Assembly: GCA_965205485.1 (NCBI GenBank)
Contig: OZ242180.1
Location: forward strand, 704,001 to 768,000
DNA from: Candidatus Latescibacterota bacterium
GTDB lineage: Bacteria; Latescibacterota; UBA2968; GCA-2709665
Reading direction: 5' to 3'
DNA length: 64,000 nt
Shown here: positions 10,263-20,591 of the stretch, piece by piece
Layout: each line of letters starts with the position of its first letter
Position numbering within the stretch: position 1 is the first letter of the stretch
Position numbers and translations under genes: made by a program
The notes under the pieces: model-generated
Databases searched by the model: none
What the model was told of the DNA's origin: nothing
Seen by the model: only the letters and a program-made list of their open reading frames with translations

Positions 10263-13200
10263 ATGGCCGAATTCGTGCATCTCCATAGTCACAGTATGTA
10301 CAGCCTGCTGGATGGCGCTTGCAAGATTGACAGTCTTGCCGCAAGGGCCGCCGAGTGGGGGATGCCCGCTGCCGCCATTACGGACCACGGCAATCTCTTC
10401 GGCGCGGTGGACTTTTACCGTGCGATGAAAGAAGCGGACGTCAAGCCCATTATCGGTTGCGAGGTCTATTGCGCCATCGAAAGCCGGTTCGACAAGAAAC
10501 CGTCGCGAGGCGTGCCCAGCGGGTCGAACCATCTGGTATTGCTCGCGAAGAATGCACACGGGTATTACAACCTGGTAAAGCTGGTCTCGGCCGGTTACAT
10601 GGAAGGATTCTACTACCACCCCAGAATCGACAAGGAGTTGCTGCGTGAACACTCCGAGGGTCTGGTCTGTCTGTCGGGATGCCTGAGCGGCGAAGTGCCG
10701 CATCTGATCGAGCGCGAGGGCGTGAATGTCGCGATGGCCGCCGTGGAAGAGTACCTCGACATATTCGGCGAAGACTATTACCTGGAAATCCAGCGGCACG
10801 GCATCGATAGAGAACCCAGAATCAACGACGGACTCATCCGGATTCACGGCGAAATGGGCGTGCCGCTCGTGGCGACGAACGACTCCCATTTTCTGGGCGC
10901 TGACGATCACGAGGCTCACGCCGTTCTCGTGGCTCTACAGACCGGAAAAACCCTTAACGACCCAGGCAGGATGTGTTATCCGGAAGACGTCTATTTCAAG
11001 TCCGCCGACGAGATGCACGCGCTCTTTTCGGATCTCCCGCAGGCTTTGGAGCAAACGCTGGAGATCGCGGAAAAGGTCGATTTGGAACTGGCGTTCGGCG
11101 ATTACCTTGCGCCGGAGTTTCCGTTACCGGCTGAGTTCGAGACGGCCGACGACTACCTCAAACATCTGTCCAGACGCGGTCTGCAAGACCGTTTCGATCT
11201 CATTTCGCAGGACCTGCGGGATCGCCTGGAATTCGAACTGGACCTGATTGTAAGCAAGGGACTCGCGGGATATTTCCTCATTGTCTGGGACTATGTCAAC
11301 TATGCAAAGGGACATGGAATCTCGGTCGGGCCGGGGCGGGGCTCCTGCGCCGGAAGCCTGGTGGCCTATTCGTTGCGGATTACCGACCTGGATCCGATAA
11401 AATACAATCTGTTGTTCGAGAGATTCCTCAACCCCGAGCGCGTGAGCCTGCCCGACATCGATATCGATTTCTCGGACAAGAAGCGCGACCAGGTGATCAG
11501 ATACGTCTCGGAAAAGTACGGCGAGCGCAACGTGTGTCAGATCATCACGTTCGGTACCCTGAAGGCCAAAGCGGCGATCCGGGACGTGGGTCGCGTGCTC
11601 GACATGTCATTCGGCGAGGTCGACCGGATTGCCAAGCTGGTGCCCAACGATTTGAAGATGACGCTGGACAAGGCGATCCAGCAGGTACCGGAGTTGAAAC
11701 AGATGGCGGACGGGGAAGGCGACGAGGCGCAGCTGATCAGGCACGCGCGGGCGCTGGAGGGGCTGGCCCGGCACGCTTCCGTCCACGCGGCGGCTGTAAT
11801 TATCGCGCCGGACAATCTGACGAACTTCGTGCCTCTTTACAAGGCCCCGAAAGACGGCAAGGTGACTACCCAGTTCGACGGGCCGACCTGCGAGGACATC
11901 GGCCTTCTGAAAATGGACTTCCTGGGCCTCAAGGAGCTTTCGCTTGCCGACCAAACGGTCGATCTGATAAAAGCGAAGGAACCGGCGTTCGACCTGACAA
12001 AGATCCCCGAAGACGACGAAAGTACGCTGGATCTGTTCGGTCGCGGCGAAACCGTGGGCGTATTTCAGTTTGAGAGTCCCGGAATGAGGGAATACCTGGT
12101 ACAGTTGAAACCCGATTGCATCGAGGATATCATCGCGATGAATGCCCTCTACCGCCCCGGACCGATGCAGTACATCCCGAATTTTGTCGCGCGCAAGCAC
12201 GGAAAAGAAGAGGTGGTCTACGACCATCCGAAGATGGAACCCATTCTGAGGGACACGTACGGGATCATGGTGTACCAGGAGCAGGTGATGCAGATCGTGC
12301 AGGTTCTGGCAGGGTTCAGCCTCGGCCAGGCCGACATCCTTCGGGACGCCATAGGCAAGAAAAAGCCCGAAGAAATGTCGCGGCAGAAGGACGCGTTTAT
12401 CGATGGGTGCGAAACGCACGGTGTGAGTACGAGCCTGGCCCGGAAAATTTTCGCCGATATAGAAGTCTTCGCGGGGTATGCGTTTCCCAAGGCGCACGCG
12501 GCGGCGTATGCGGTTGTCGCATACCGGAACGCCTACCTCAAGGCGAACTATCCTCAGGAATACATGGCCGCCAGCCTGAACGGTGAAATCGGCAATATCG
12601 AGCGAATGGTGGTCGTGATCGAAGAGTGCCAGCGGATGAAACTGGAGGTCCTGGCCCCGGACGTGAATACCTCCTACGTGGACTTCGTGGCTTCAGAGAC
12701 GGCAATTCTGATGGGAATGGCTGCTGTGCGAAACGTGGGTCGCGGCGCGGTTGATGCAATTGTCAGCGCAAGGGAAACGGGCGGCGCTTTCAACACCCTG
12801 TTCGAGTTCTGTGAGCGCGTGGATTTGCGCGCGGTTAACCGCAGGGCCATCGAGAGCCTGATTCGCGCCGGAGCCATGGATCGCCTGGACGGACATCGAG
12901 CGCAGCTTCTGCAAGGCCTGGACCGGGCCCTCGACGCGGGTCAGTCCGTCCAGGCAGCCCGGCAACGTCGCCAGATTTCGCTGTTCGACATGGAAGCCCT
13001 TGCGGACCAGTCGGCGGTCATCAACAACCACGTCCTCCCCGAGGAGCCGGAATGGACCGAGCGTGAAAGGCTTGCACACGAAAAGGAAATGCTCGGATTC
13101 TATCTTTCCGGCCATCCGCTGGAAAGGTACCGCACGGACCTGGCGGCACTGGGGATCCGATCTTGCCAGGACGTCGCCGCCTTGCCCGAGGGAGCGGAAG

Positions 13201-13697
13201 TGAAACTCGGCGGGCTGATCTCCGAAACCAGGTCGCATACCGACCGAAACGGACGGCCGATGGCGTTTGGCACCATCGAGGATCTGGACGGCGCCCTGGA
13301 CCTGGTTGTGTTCCCGGATACGTTCGAAAAGGTCAGGGCTTCGTTTGTGACGGACGCAATGGTGGTAATCCAGGGCAGGCTCTCCGGACGCAACGGTAGA
13401 CAGTCCCTGCAAGTGGAGAAGGTACTGTCAATGGAGCATGCGAGGGAGACGCTCGCGGACGCGCTGAATGTCAAGCTTCCATCTGAAATGCTGGAATTGG
13501 AGACCCTTGAACACCTGAAAGCGTTGCTCGAAGGTCACCGGGGCGGGTGTACGGTTTATCTGCACCTTGAACTGGGCGATGGTAAAACGAAAGTCATTCG
13601 TTCCCGGGGGCTTAGCGTCAACCCCTCTGAAGCGTTGATCTCGGAAATCGGCGCATTTCTCGGTGAACGGCGCGCCTGGGTATCCCAGAAATCCTGA
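10263..13697 (+). CDS. dnaE: DNA polymerase III alpha subunit
   Basis: PHP domain HLHSHSMYSLLDG, GPGRGS, PDIDIDF, KMDFLGL, OB-fold C-terminus; no intein-sized insertion. Confidence 0.98.
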   Translation: MAEFVHLHSHSMYSLLDGACKIDSLAARAAEWGMPAAAITDHGNLFGAVDFYRAMKEADVKPIIGCEVYCAIESRFDKKPSRGVPSGSNHLVLLAKNAHGYYNLVKLVSAGYMEGFYYHPRIDKELLREHSEGLVCLSGCLSGEVPHLIEREGVNVAMAAVEEYLDIFGEDYYLEIQRHGIDREPRINDGLIRIHGEMGVPLVATNDSHFLGADDHEAHAVLVALQTGKTLNDPGRMCYPEDVYFKSADEMHALFSDLPQALEQTLEIAEKVDLELAFGDYLAPEFPLPAEFETADDYLKHLSRRGLQDRFDLISQDLRDRLEFELDLIVSKGLAGYFLIVWDYVNYAKGHGISVGPGRGSCAGSLVAYSLRITDLDPIKYNLLFERFLNPERVSLPDIDIDFSDKKRDQVIRYVSEKYGERNVCQIITFGTLKAKAAIRDVGRVLDMSFGEVDRIAKLVPNDLKMTLDKAIQQVPELKQMADGEGDEAQLIRHARALEGLARHASVHAAAVIIAPDNLTNFVPLYKAPKDGKVTTQFDGPTCEDIGLLKMDFLGLKELSLADQTVDLIKAKEPAFDLTKIPEDDESTLDLFGRGETVGVFQFESPGMREYLVQLKPDCIEDIIAMNALYRPGPMQYIPNFVARKHGKEEVVYDHPKMEPILRDTYGIMVYQEQVMQIVQVLAGFSLGQADILRDAIGKKKPEEMSRQKDAFIDGCETHGVSTSLARKIFADIEVFAGYAFPKAHAAAYAVVAYRNAYLKANYPQEYMAASLNGEIGNIERMVVVIEECQRMKLEVLAPDVNTSYVDFVASETAILMGMAAVRNVGRGAVDAIVSARETGGAFNTLFEFCERVDLRAVNRRAIESLIRAGAMDRLDGHRAQLLQGLDRALDAGQSVQAARQRRQISLFDMEALADQSAVINNHVLPEEPEWTERERLAHEKEMLGFYLSGHPLERYRTDLAALGIRSCQDVAALPEGAEVKLGGLISETRSHTDRNGRPMAFGTIEDLDGALDLVVFPDTFEKVRASFVTDAMVVIQGRLSGRNGRQSLQVEKVLSMEHARETLADALNVKLPSEMLELETLEHLKALLEGHRGGCTVYLHLELGDGKTKVIRSRGLSVNPSEALISEIGAFLGERRAWVSQKS

Positions 13698-13770
13698 TTA
13701 CGCTACTCAAGGCGGCCCGTTAAGCACCCTGCAATTCGGCCCACGGGTTCATGATTTCGGGCGAGAGAGA

Positions 13771-13814
13771 ACGCAAAGAACGAGGCGACCGGACGGTCGC
13801 CTCGTTCTTTGCGT
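13771..13814. terminator. Bidirectional terminator between convergent dnaE and rodA
   Basis: Perfect 20-bp inverted repeat ACGCAAAGAACGAGGCGACC-ggac-GGTCGCCTCGTTCTTTGCGT. Confidence 0.7.
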
Positions 13815-13836
13815 AAAGGAATCAGGACGGCGCGTA

Positions 13837-15057
13837 CTAATAGTATTCGTGCCTGTAGGCATAGATGTTAAGCAGCAGACCTGCGAGAATCAGATTGACC
13901 ACGAGTTGCGATCCGCCGTAGCTGAAGTACGGCAGAGGAAGGCCGGTAACCGGTACGACGCCGACAGTCATCCCTATATTGACAAAAACGTGAAAGGTCA
14001 GCATGGCAGCCAGACCGATGGCCACAAGACTTGAAAACCGGCTCTTTACAAGACCTGCAATATGAATGGCGCGCCAGATGATTAGAATAAACAATGCGAG
14101 TACGAGAATTGCGCCAAGGAAACCGAACTCCTCTCCGATTACGGAAAACACAAAGTCGGTATGTTGTTCCGGAAGGAAGGAGAGTTTGGTCTGCGTCCCC
14201 TGCAGGTATCCTTTACCGTTAAGTCCTCCCGATCCGATTGCGACCTTGGATTGCATGACCTGGTAGCCCGCGCCGAGTTTGTCCATGTCCGGATTCAAGA
14301 ACGTCAGAATCCGACGGCGCTGGTAGTCGTGCATCTTGTTTTCCCACAGATACGGCGCGCCAACCGCGACCGCGAGATTGACGACGACAATGGCGGCAGT
14401 CATCAATCGACCTGGTCGAACCAGAAAGACGACCGCGGCAATCATCAGCACGAGGACAACAAGCGCTACGTAGTGGAAGGCGCAGATCACACTCAAAAGG
14501 GGTGAAATCAGGAAAAACAGGACAACGGGTCTCATCCCGGCCCAGTACAACATCGGCAGAAGCACCGAGATGAAGACAAGCGCAGTGCCCAGATCGGGCT
14601 GTCTGAACACGAGAACCGCCGGAAGCAAGACCAGAAAGAACGGCGTAAACAGCGAACGAGGCCGGTCCAGATCCAGGTTGCGCGCGGAGAGGTATCGTGC
14701 AAGTGCAAGAATGGTTGCGATTTTGGCCAGTTCCGACGGTTGCATATGAAATGGGCCCAGATCGAACCAGCGACTCTCTCCGAACAGCAGAACAAGCACC
14801 AGCAGACAAATTGAGGCGCCGTAGAGGATATACGCGAATGCATAATAATATTTGGGTGGTACGAACAGGGTCAGCAGGAGCGCGCACGCGGCAATCGCGC
14901 TCCAGATGATCTGCCTCTCGTAGATGCTGCCGGCGGCGCCGTATTCCCAGTTGTAGGTAGCGCTGTAGATTGCACCAATTCCGAACAGCGTGGCAAGAAT
15001 CACCGAAAGCAGCAGCGGAAGGTCGAATTCCTGTTTGAGAACGCGCGAGAGAATCAC
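13837..15057 (-). CDS. rodA: Rod shape-determining SEDS glycosyltransferase RodA
   Basis: QPSELAK, QPDLGT, GYQVMQSKVAIGSGG, LPEQHTDF, LPYFSYGGS; start 15057 (GTG) or 15087 (TTG). Confidence 0.95.
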   Translation of the reverse strand: MILSRVLKQEFDLPLLLSVILATLFGIGAIYSATYNWEYGAAGSIYERQIIWSAIAACALLLTLFVPPKYYYAFAYILYGASICLLVLVLLFGESRWFDLGPFHMQPSELAKIATILALARYLSARNLDLDRPRSLFTPFFLVLLPAVLVFRQPDLGTALVFISVLLPMLYWAGMRPVVLFFLISPLLSVICAFHYVALVVLVLMIAAVVFLVRPGRLMTAAIVVVNLAVAVGAPYLWENKMHDYQRRRILTFLNPDMDKLGAGYQVMQSKVAIGSGGLNGKGYLQGTQTKLSFLPEQHTDFVFSVIGEEFGFLGAILVLALFILIIWRAIHIAGLVKSRFSSLVAIGLAAMLTFHVFVNIGMTVGVVPVTGLPLPYFSYGGSQLVVNLILAGLLLNIYAYRHEYY

Positions 15058-15125
15058 GTGAAGATTCCTGCGAAACGGATGTTGCAAAACGGAACACCGG
15101 GGTCCGGATGTTCCGCCGGACCCTG

Positions 15126-17018
15126 CTATCGCAAGACGACTGCCGGAGCTGTATCGCCCGATTGCGTAGGCTCGACGTCCTTCGCTTCCGCGGCAGGTTC
15201 GTCGTCGACGTGCGAGGCGACGATGATTTCCGGTTTCTTCTTCGGCTGCGCCAGGTCAAAATAAGCTTCCAGGACCCGTCCTGCGATCGGCGCCGCAACC
15301 GCGCCGCCGTGGCCCGCGTTTTCGACCACGACAGCGACGACGATTTCGGGGTAATGTGCCGGCGCAAGGGCGGTGAACCAGGCATGGTCTTCGCCGTGGG
15401 GATTCTGCGCGGTGCCTGTTTTGCCAGCCACACGAACGCCTTCCACCCGGGCGCGTTTTCCGGTACCGTACGGATCCTCGATGACGTCCAGCATGATGCT
15501 TCGTATGGTCTTCAGGGTCTGTGCGGAAATCTGGACCGGCGTGGACTCGGGCGTCGTTTCTTTAAGGACGTGGGGCCGGGGTAGCCTTCCGACGGCCAGC
15601 GCACTGATGTAGCGGGCTATCTGGACGGGTGTTACAGACGTCTCGCCCTGTCCGATTGTCAGATTGAGCATGTACCCCTCCGCCCAGTGTCCGAAACGTT
15701 CCTTATAATACGAACGGTCGGTCACAAGGCCGGCGGCTTCACCGTCGCCTCCCGCTGCGATGTCGATCCCGGTCGGTCGACCGAATCCGAGCATTCTGGT
15801 GTAGCGACTCCAGTTGGCAATGCCCACCTTGCGACCCAACTGGTAAAAATAGACGTCGCAGGACCGGACGAGCGCTCCTCGCAGCGACAGCCGCCCGCAC
15901 CCTTTGGCATTGTGGCAGCGGAAAACCCTGTCTCCGAACTCCATTCTGCCCCTGCACGGTCGAAAACGCGCCGTTTCCGAGTCGATCAGGCCCATTTCGA
16001 GGCCGGCAATCGCCGTAATCATCTTGAATACCGAAGCAGGCGGGTATTCACCCTTTATGCTTCGGTTCAGAAGGGGATTTGACGTATCGGCCTGCAGGGT
16101 CCGCCATTGGCGCAAATCACGAATGGACCGCGGATGAAAACCGGGTTTGCTGACCATGGCAAGGATCTCCCCGTTGTTCGGATCCATTGCCACCAGGCTG
16201 CCTCTCAGCGAATCGGCGAACGCGAGCTCCGCTGCCTGTTGCAATCGCCAGTCCAGGGTCAGGTGAATGTCGTTGCCGCGCACGGGCCGGGTTGTTTTGT
16301 CGGGAAAGCTTCCGACCTCCCGGCCGAAGGCGTCAACTTCGATGAATCTCATGCCTTCCCGTCCCCTCAATTCCGACTCGCACAAGCGCTCGACGCCCCG
16401 CTTGCCGATCTGATCGTCCAGCCGGTAACCCATCTCCCGCTTGCGCTCATAGGTCTTCGCATCCATCAGGCCTACATATCCGATGATATGGGGCGCCAGG
16501 GGAAGGCCGCCGTTGTAGCTCAAATAGCCTCTCCGTGATTCGAACTGTATTTCCACGCCTGGCAGATCGTGGCGTTCTTCTTCCACGACGGACACGATAT
16601 TGAATCCAGCGTCGCGCAAGATTCTTACGGGCTCGTGGAAACGACGGTTTCGGTCCGCGATCCGTCGGTTGATGTGTTGCACAGGCAGACCGGCAACCTG
16701 ACTGAGTCGGCTGACGACGTGCCCGTGATTCGCCAGATCGGAATTTCGGCGCAGTCGCTGGGGAAGCACGGAAATGGTGTACGAGGGACGATTGTCTACG
16801 AGGACCACGCCGTTGCGGTCCCTTATGAGACCGCGGCCGGCTTCAATAGGCACGACTTGCATCGTATTCTTCTTGGATTGGATGCGGTAGCGTTCGCTGT
16901 TTGTAATCTGCAGCCGAAAAACCCCGACAAACAGCATGGCGAACAGAACGATCACCACCGACATCATCCATCGCGCACGGGCCCTCCGAAAGCCGTTATC
17001 CATAAAGTCGTCGTGCAT
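15126..17018 (-). CDS. mrdA: Penicillin-binding protein 2
   Basis: RGLIRDRNG, YPPASVFK (SxxK), SCD (SxN/D), KTGTAQ; between mreD and rodA; start at MHDDF or MDNG. Confidence 0.95.
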   Translation of the reverse strand: MHDDFMDNGFRRARARWMMSVVIVLFAMLFVGVFRLQITNSERYRIQSKKNTMQVVPIEAGRGLIRDRNGVVLVDNRPSYTISVLPQRLRRNSDLANHGHVVSRLSQVAGLPVQHINRRIADRNRRFHEPVRILRDAGFNIVSVVEEERHDLPGVEIQFESRRGYLSYNGGLPLAPHIIGYVGLMDAKTYERKREMGYRLDDQIGKRGVERLCESELRGREGMRFIEVDAFGREVGSFPDKTTRPVRGNDIHLTLDWRLQQAAELAFADSLRGSLVAMDPNNGEILAMVSKPGFHPRSIRDLRQWRTLQADTSNPLLNRSIKGEYPPASVFKMITAIAGLEMGLIDSETARFRPCRGRMEFGDRVFRCHNAKGCGRLSLRGALVRSCDVYFYQLGRKVGIANWSRYTRMLGFGRPTGIDIAAGGDGEAAGLVTDRSYYKERFGHWAEGYMLNLTIGQGETSVTPVQIARYISALAVGRLPRPHVLKETTPESTPVQISAQTLKTIRSIMLDVIEDPYGTGKRARVEGVRVAGKTGTAQNPHGEDHAWFTALAPAHYPEIVVAVVVENAGHGGAVAAPIAGRVLEAYFDLAQPKKKPEIIVASHVDDEPAAEAKDVEPTQSGDTAPAVVLR

Positions 17019-17505
17019 CGAGGTAAATCCCCCTGTTGAAACGAACGGACAATACCAGCGAAATGCCGACTCCAACGACCGCGGTGTACAATGCCGTCCC
17101 GAATCCGAACCTGAAAATCAACCCCAGTATCGCATCCGGATTCGAGAGAATGTTGGCGAACAGAAAATAAATCAGATCGTGTAGAACAACCGCCACGAAC
17201 AATAGCAGAGCCTGTACCCGGAAATCTTCGACGCTGACACCCGTCCGAAAGTGTCCGACGGAGAACCCGACCACGCTGTTTGCAAGCGCATTGACTCCCA
17301 TCGTCTCCGGGCTGTAGACATCCAGCAGAAAACCGGATGCGAATCCGTAAAGGGTGCCTTCAATCTGTCCGCCGTTTAGGCCCAGGTATACCAGCACGAT
17401 GATCACAAGGTCGGGGCCGATATCCAGAATCCGGACCGAATGCGCCCAGGAAGTCTGAACCAGCAGCGCCAGGGCGATGAGCAGAAGGTTTCGAACGACT
17501 CTCAC
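16996..17505 (-). CDS. mreD: Rod shape-determining protein MreD
   Basis: Hydrophobic 169 aa, GPDLV, GF.SGFLLD motif; directly upstream of PBP2. Confidence 0.85.
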   Translation of the reverse strand: MRVVRNLLLIALALLVQTSWAHSVRILDIGPDLVIIVLVYLGLNGGQIEGTLYGFASGFLLDVYSPETMGVNALANSVVGFSVGHFRTGVSVEDFRVQALLLFVAVVLHDLIYFLFANILSNPDAILGLIFRFGFGTALYTAVVGVGISLVLSVRFNRGIYLDARRLYG

Positions 17506-17556
17506 AAACGACGAATGGGGCGTGGGCGAATCCTCCCATTGGTTCTGTCGGTTGAC

Positions 17557-19494
17557 TCAGTCCACCGTCCGAAACCCGGTTGGGCGTATCAGGAGCCGGG
17601 CGCCCACCCTGAGGTTTGCGGGTTTCCGGATACGGTTCCATTTTTTAAGGTCGTTGACGCGGATGCGGAAATTGCGGGCAATGTCCCAGAGCGTATCCCC
17701 CCGTTGCACAATATAGAAGTCGCCGCGACGCAGGTCCGCAGGATTGGCCGCGGCAACCTGAGGCGCCTCAGGTCTCCAGATAACCAGACGGTCTCCGGGC
17801 GTTATGTACTTCCTGACGTTGTTCCACGCCCGGATCTGACGTGGCGTGACGCCATACCTGCGTCCGATTCCCCAAAGGGTGTCTCCCTTCCTGACACGGT
17901 GCGCGACTTTCCTGTGGGTGTCCGGATCGGGTGCCGCGTCCACGCGCGCAAGGTTCCTTGCCGCACGGCTGGATTTGCCCCTTGGAAAGATCGGGATCTT
18001 CAACAGCGTGCCCACGCGCAGGCGTCTTGGATTCGATATGTTGTTAGCCTCGAGCACCGTGCGAGTTGAAACGCCCCAGTCACGCGCGATGCCGCCGGGG
18101 GTTTCTCCGCGGCGCACTCGATGTTCTGCCAGCTGGACTTTCCGGCTGGCGGGAATTCGGGCGAATCTGGCTTTGAACCTGTCGGCGGTACCCGCCGGAA
18201 TTTTCAGGCTGTAGGCTCCGCGCGACGAAGGCGGCGTGTAGCCTGACCGGAGTTCGGGATTGAGGCTACGCATGCGTTCGTACGTTGTGCCGGCGCATTC
18301 CGCGGCGACCCGGAGGTGGACGCATTCCGATACCGGTACCAAATCGAATCCCGCGGGCATCTGATAGACCACGTCATCAAAGCCGAACCACTCCGGGTCC
18401 CTGGAGATGATCAGGGCCGCCATAAACCGCGGCACGTGCCTGCGTGTTTCCCGTGGAAGGCCCTTCAACTTCCAGAAGTCGTCTGTGCCCGAACGCCGGA
18501 TAATGCGTTCCAGGCGACCCTGCCCGCAGTTATATGCCGCAATGACAAGGCGCCAGTCGCCGAACAACCCGTACAGGTGCTGAATATGCCTGATTGCCGC
18601 GCGCGTGGACTTCTCGGGGTCGCGGCGTTCGTCGATAAATGTGTTGCTTTTGAGACCGTAGAGCCGCGCCGTGCCACTCACAAACTGCCAGATCCCGGCG
18701 GCCCTGGCTCGTGAATAGGCCCTTGGGTTGAAGCCGCTTTCGATCATTGCCTTATAAACGAGGTCCTCGGGCAGACCCGCTTCACGCAGGGCTTTGCGAA
18801 TCATCGGGACATAAAGAGGTGATCGTGAGAGCCAGGCCTTGAATGCCTTCCGTGCGGTCGTCTGGAAATAACGGATGGTCTTGACGACCTCGGAGTTGTA
18901 GTCGACCGGAAGGTCTGCGGAACCTGCCAGTTTGCGCACATAGAGATCTCTGTAGTTAACGTCATCACGCAAGTGCGGGGCGAGGCTGTGTGGAACGGCG
19001 TCGAGAAGCCGCGCCAACACGGAATTCGGCAGCACGAGCGCCGACGGAGGGAGCATCTCCCGATAGCGCTCAAGCGTCGCGCTGAGCAATTCGAGGTGGC
19101 GCGCCGGCGAAAGGGATCCGGTGACCGCGGAATCGGCGAGCAGAATGCTTATGCGTTCCACGGATATCGCCGAGCTGTTCCGCCGGACCTCGTTGAGTGT
19201 TTCCAGGGCTCGCCGAAGTCGTTCGTCGTTCGCCAGACGGCGATCCGGAGTGACTGCCGCGGAATCCACGACGGCCTCCGGCGGCCTGGAGGCTTGCGCC
19301 GGTGCTTCCGCTTCGGGAAACGTTGCAACCTGCTTCGTCGTTGAACACCCCGAAAGCAGCCACATCAGGAGAAGGCTGCAATACGCGACGACAGGGTTCA
19401 GCGTACTGTCTCTCATCTGGACATTCTGGAAAAGTCGATCCATAAACACGGCCACCGGAGACTCCGATGAACGAGTAGCGGACCGGTCGCGCAA
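17557..19494 (-). CDS. mltD: Lytic murein transglycosylase with three LysM domains (MltD-like lipoprotein)
   Basis: IESGFNPRAYSRARAAGIWQF SLT motif, AAYNCG, ETRRHVP, three LysM repeats; lipobox LSGC; true start probably later than 19494. Confidence 0.85.
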   Translation of the reverse strand: MRDRSATRSSESPVAVFMDRLFQNVQMRDSTLNPVVAYCSLLLMWLLSGCSTTKQVATFPEAEAPAQASRPPEAVVDSAAVTPDRRLANDERLRRALETLNEVRRNSSAISVERISILLADSAVTGSLSPARHLELLSATLERYREMLPPSALVLPNSVLARLLDAVPHSLAPHLRDDVNYRDLYVRKLAGSADLPVDYNSEVVKTIRYFQTTARKAFKAWLSRSPLYVPMIRKALREAGLPEDLVYKAMIESGFNPRAYSRARAAGIWQFVSGTARLYGLKSNTFIDERRDPEKSTRAAIRHIQHLYGLFGDWRLVIAAYNCGQGRLERIIRRSGTDDFWKLKGLPRETRRHVPRFMAALIISRDPEWFGFDDVVYQMPAGFDLVPVSECVHLRVAAECAGTTYERMRSLNPELRSGYTPPSSRGAYSLKIPAGTADRFKARFARIPASRKVQLAEHRVRRGETPGGIARDWGVSTRTVLEANNISNPRRLRVGTLLKIPIFPRGKSSRAARNLARVDAAPDPDTHRKVAHRVRKGDTLWGIGRRYGVTPRQIRAWNNVRKYITPGDRLVIWRPEAPQVAAANPADLRRGDFYIVQRGDTLWDIARNFRIRVNDLKKWNRIRKPANLRVGARLLIRPTGFRTVD

Positions 19495-19556
19495 TGCAGC
19501 CCTTCATTCGCGGCGGCCACGGCATCATGACCGCTCGCGGTCATACCCGTACGCGT

Positions 19557-20339
19557 TCAGTTATCGGTTGTCTGATCCGTAGATGCTTCGATCTGTGTCC
19601 GGACTACAAAGGGTGTATCGTACCCGTAAGTCTGCAGCCTTTCCACGAGCCCTTCTGCGGCTTCCCTCGTTCGGAAATTACCAATCCGTACCTTGAAGTA
19701 CGGAGGCTCGGATTCCATGTAAACGTCGTCCTGACCCAGGGTGTCCCGGACCTTGGCCATCTCGCCCAAAGCGGCCGCCCGGTTCGATGTCGCGAAAACC
19801 TGGACGCGGAAGCCGAACACCGGATCCGGACCGTAGACATCGGCGCGAGGCAGTTCGATCCTGGTTCGTACGATGAATGCTTCCGGATACCCCTGGCTCT
19901 TGGCCAGGTGACGCAGGGATTCAACCTCCGTCGCAGTTCGTCCGTTTCCGGCGTGAATCTTATGCAGGCCTGTGTCCGGGTCACGGTAGACGTGAACCCT
20001 TACGCCCAATTTGGTTTCCGCTTCGCCTTTAACGATTCCGGCCCGCCCGGGACTCGATACGACCGCGATCTGCACGCGATATCCGTCGAGTCGGACGACG
20101 GACGGCGCTTCTTCGGCAGTTTGATCGACCGAGGGCGTTTCCGCCCCGGCAGTCGGTTTCAGCAGGAAGTCATCGTCGTTGAGACTTTGCGGATCGAAGG
20201 TCTCCTCAACGACCGCGGCGGGGTGAGCGATTCCCCGGCCTGGAGCCGCGCACGCCGCGTTTAACGCCAGCAGACCACCCAGGAAAAGAACGCCGAATCG
20301 TCGTGTGATCGAACAGGACACGGCCAGCCGTCCCAACAT
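19557..20339 (-). CDS. Lipoprotein with tandem SPOR domains
   Basis: GYRVQI and GFRVQVFA..YFKVRIGNF SPOR signatures; N-terminal hydrophobic segment with AAC. Confidence 0.8.
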   Translation of the reverse strand: MLGRLAVSCSITRRFGVLFLGGLLALNAACAAPGRGIAHPAAVVEETFDPQSLNDDDFLLKPTAGAETPSVDQTAEEAPSVVRLDGYRVQIAVVSSPGRAGIVKGEAETKLGVRVHVYRDPDTGLHKIHAGNGRTATEVESLRHLAKSQGYPEAFIVRTRIELPRADVYGPDPVFGFRVQVFATSNRAAALGEMAKVRDTLGQDDVYMESEPPYFKVRIGNFRTREAAEGLVERLQTYGYDTPFVVRTQIEASTDQTTDN

Positions 20340-20369
20340 CTTGTTATATCGAGAAATGTACTATACCAT

Positions 20370-20398
20370 ATATTACGGCACAAAGTCGACTTTGTCAA
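20370..20398 (-). promoter_or_regulatory. sigma-70 promoter of SPOR-mltD cluster with overlapping palindrome
   Basis: Minus strand TTGACA-N17-TAATAT; perfect palindrome ACAAAGTCGACTTTGT at 20380-20395. Confidence 0.6.
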
Positions 20399-20591
20399 TA
20401 GATTGAGCGTCGTTATTTACGGGAAATAAGGCATTTAGACTGCTTTTTCACAATTGCCGGAAGGGATGGTCCCGGTATCTTCACTCGGGCGCCGGAATTC
20501 GGCTCCCGCGAACGGCCCGACCCTTTCCCTGAAGGGTCGGATGACGTGACGGAGACCGCCATGGAAAATCACGAATATGTACAGCCGTTTT

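Noticed and set aside
10263..13697. Intein or split in dnaE
   Set aside because: Normal length, continuous motifs, no intein boundary signatures.
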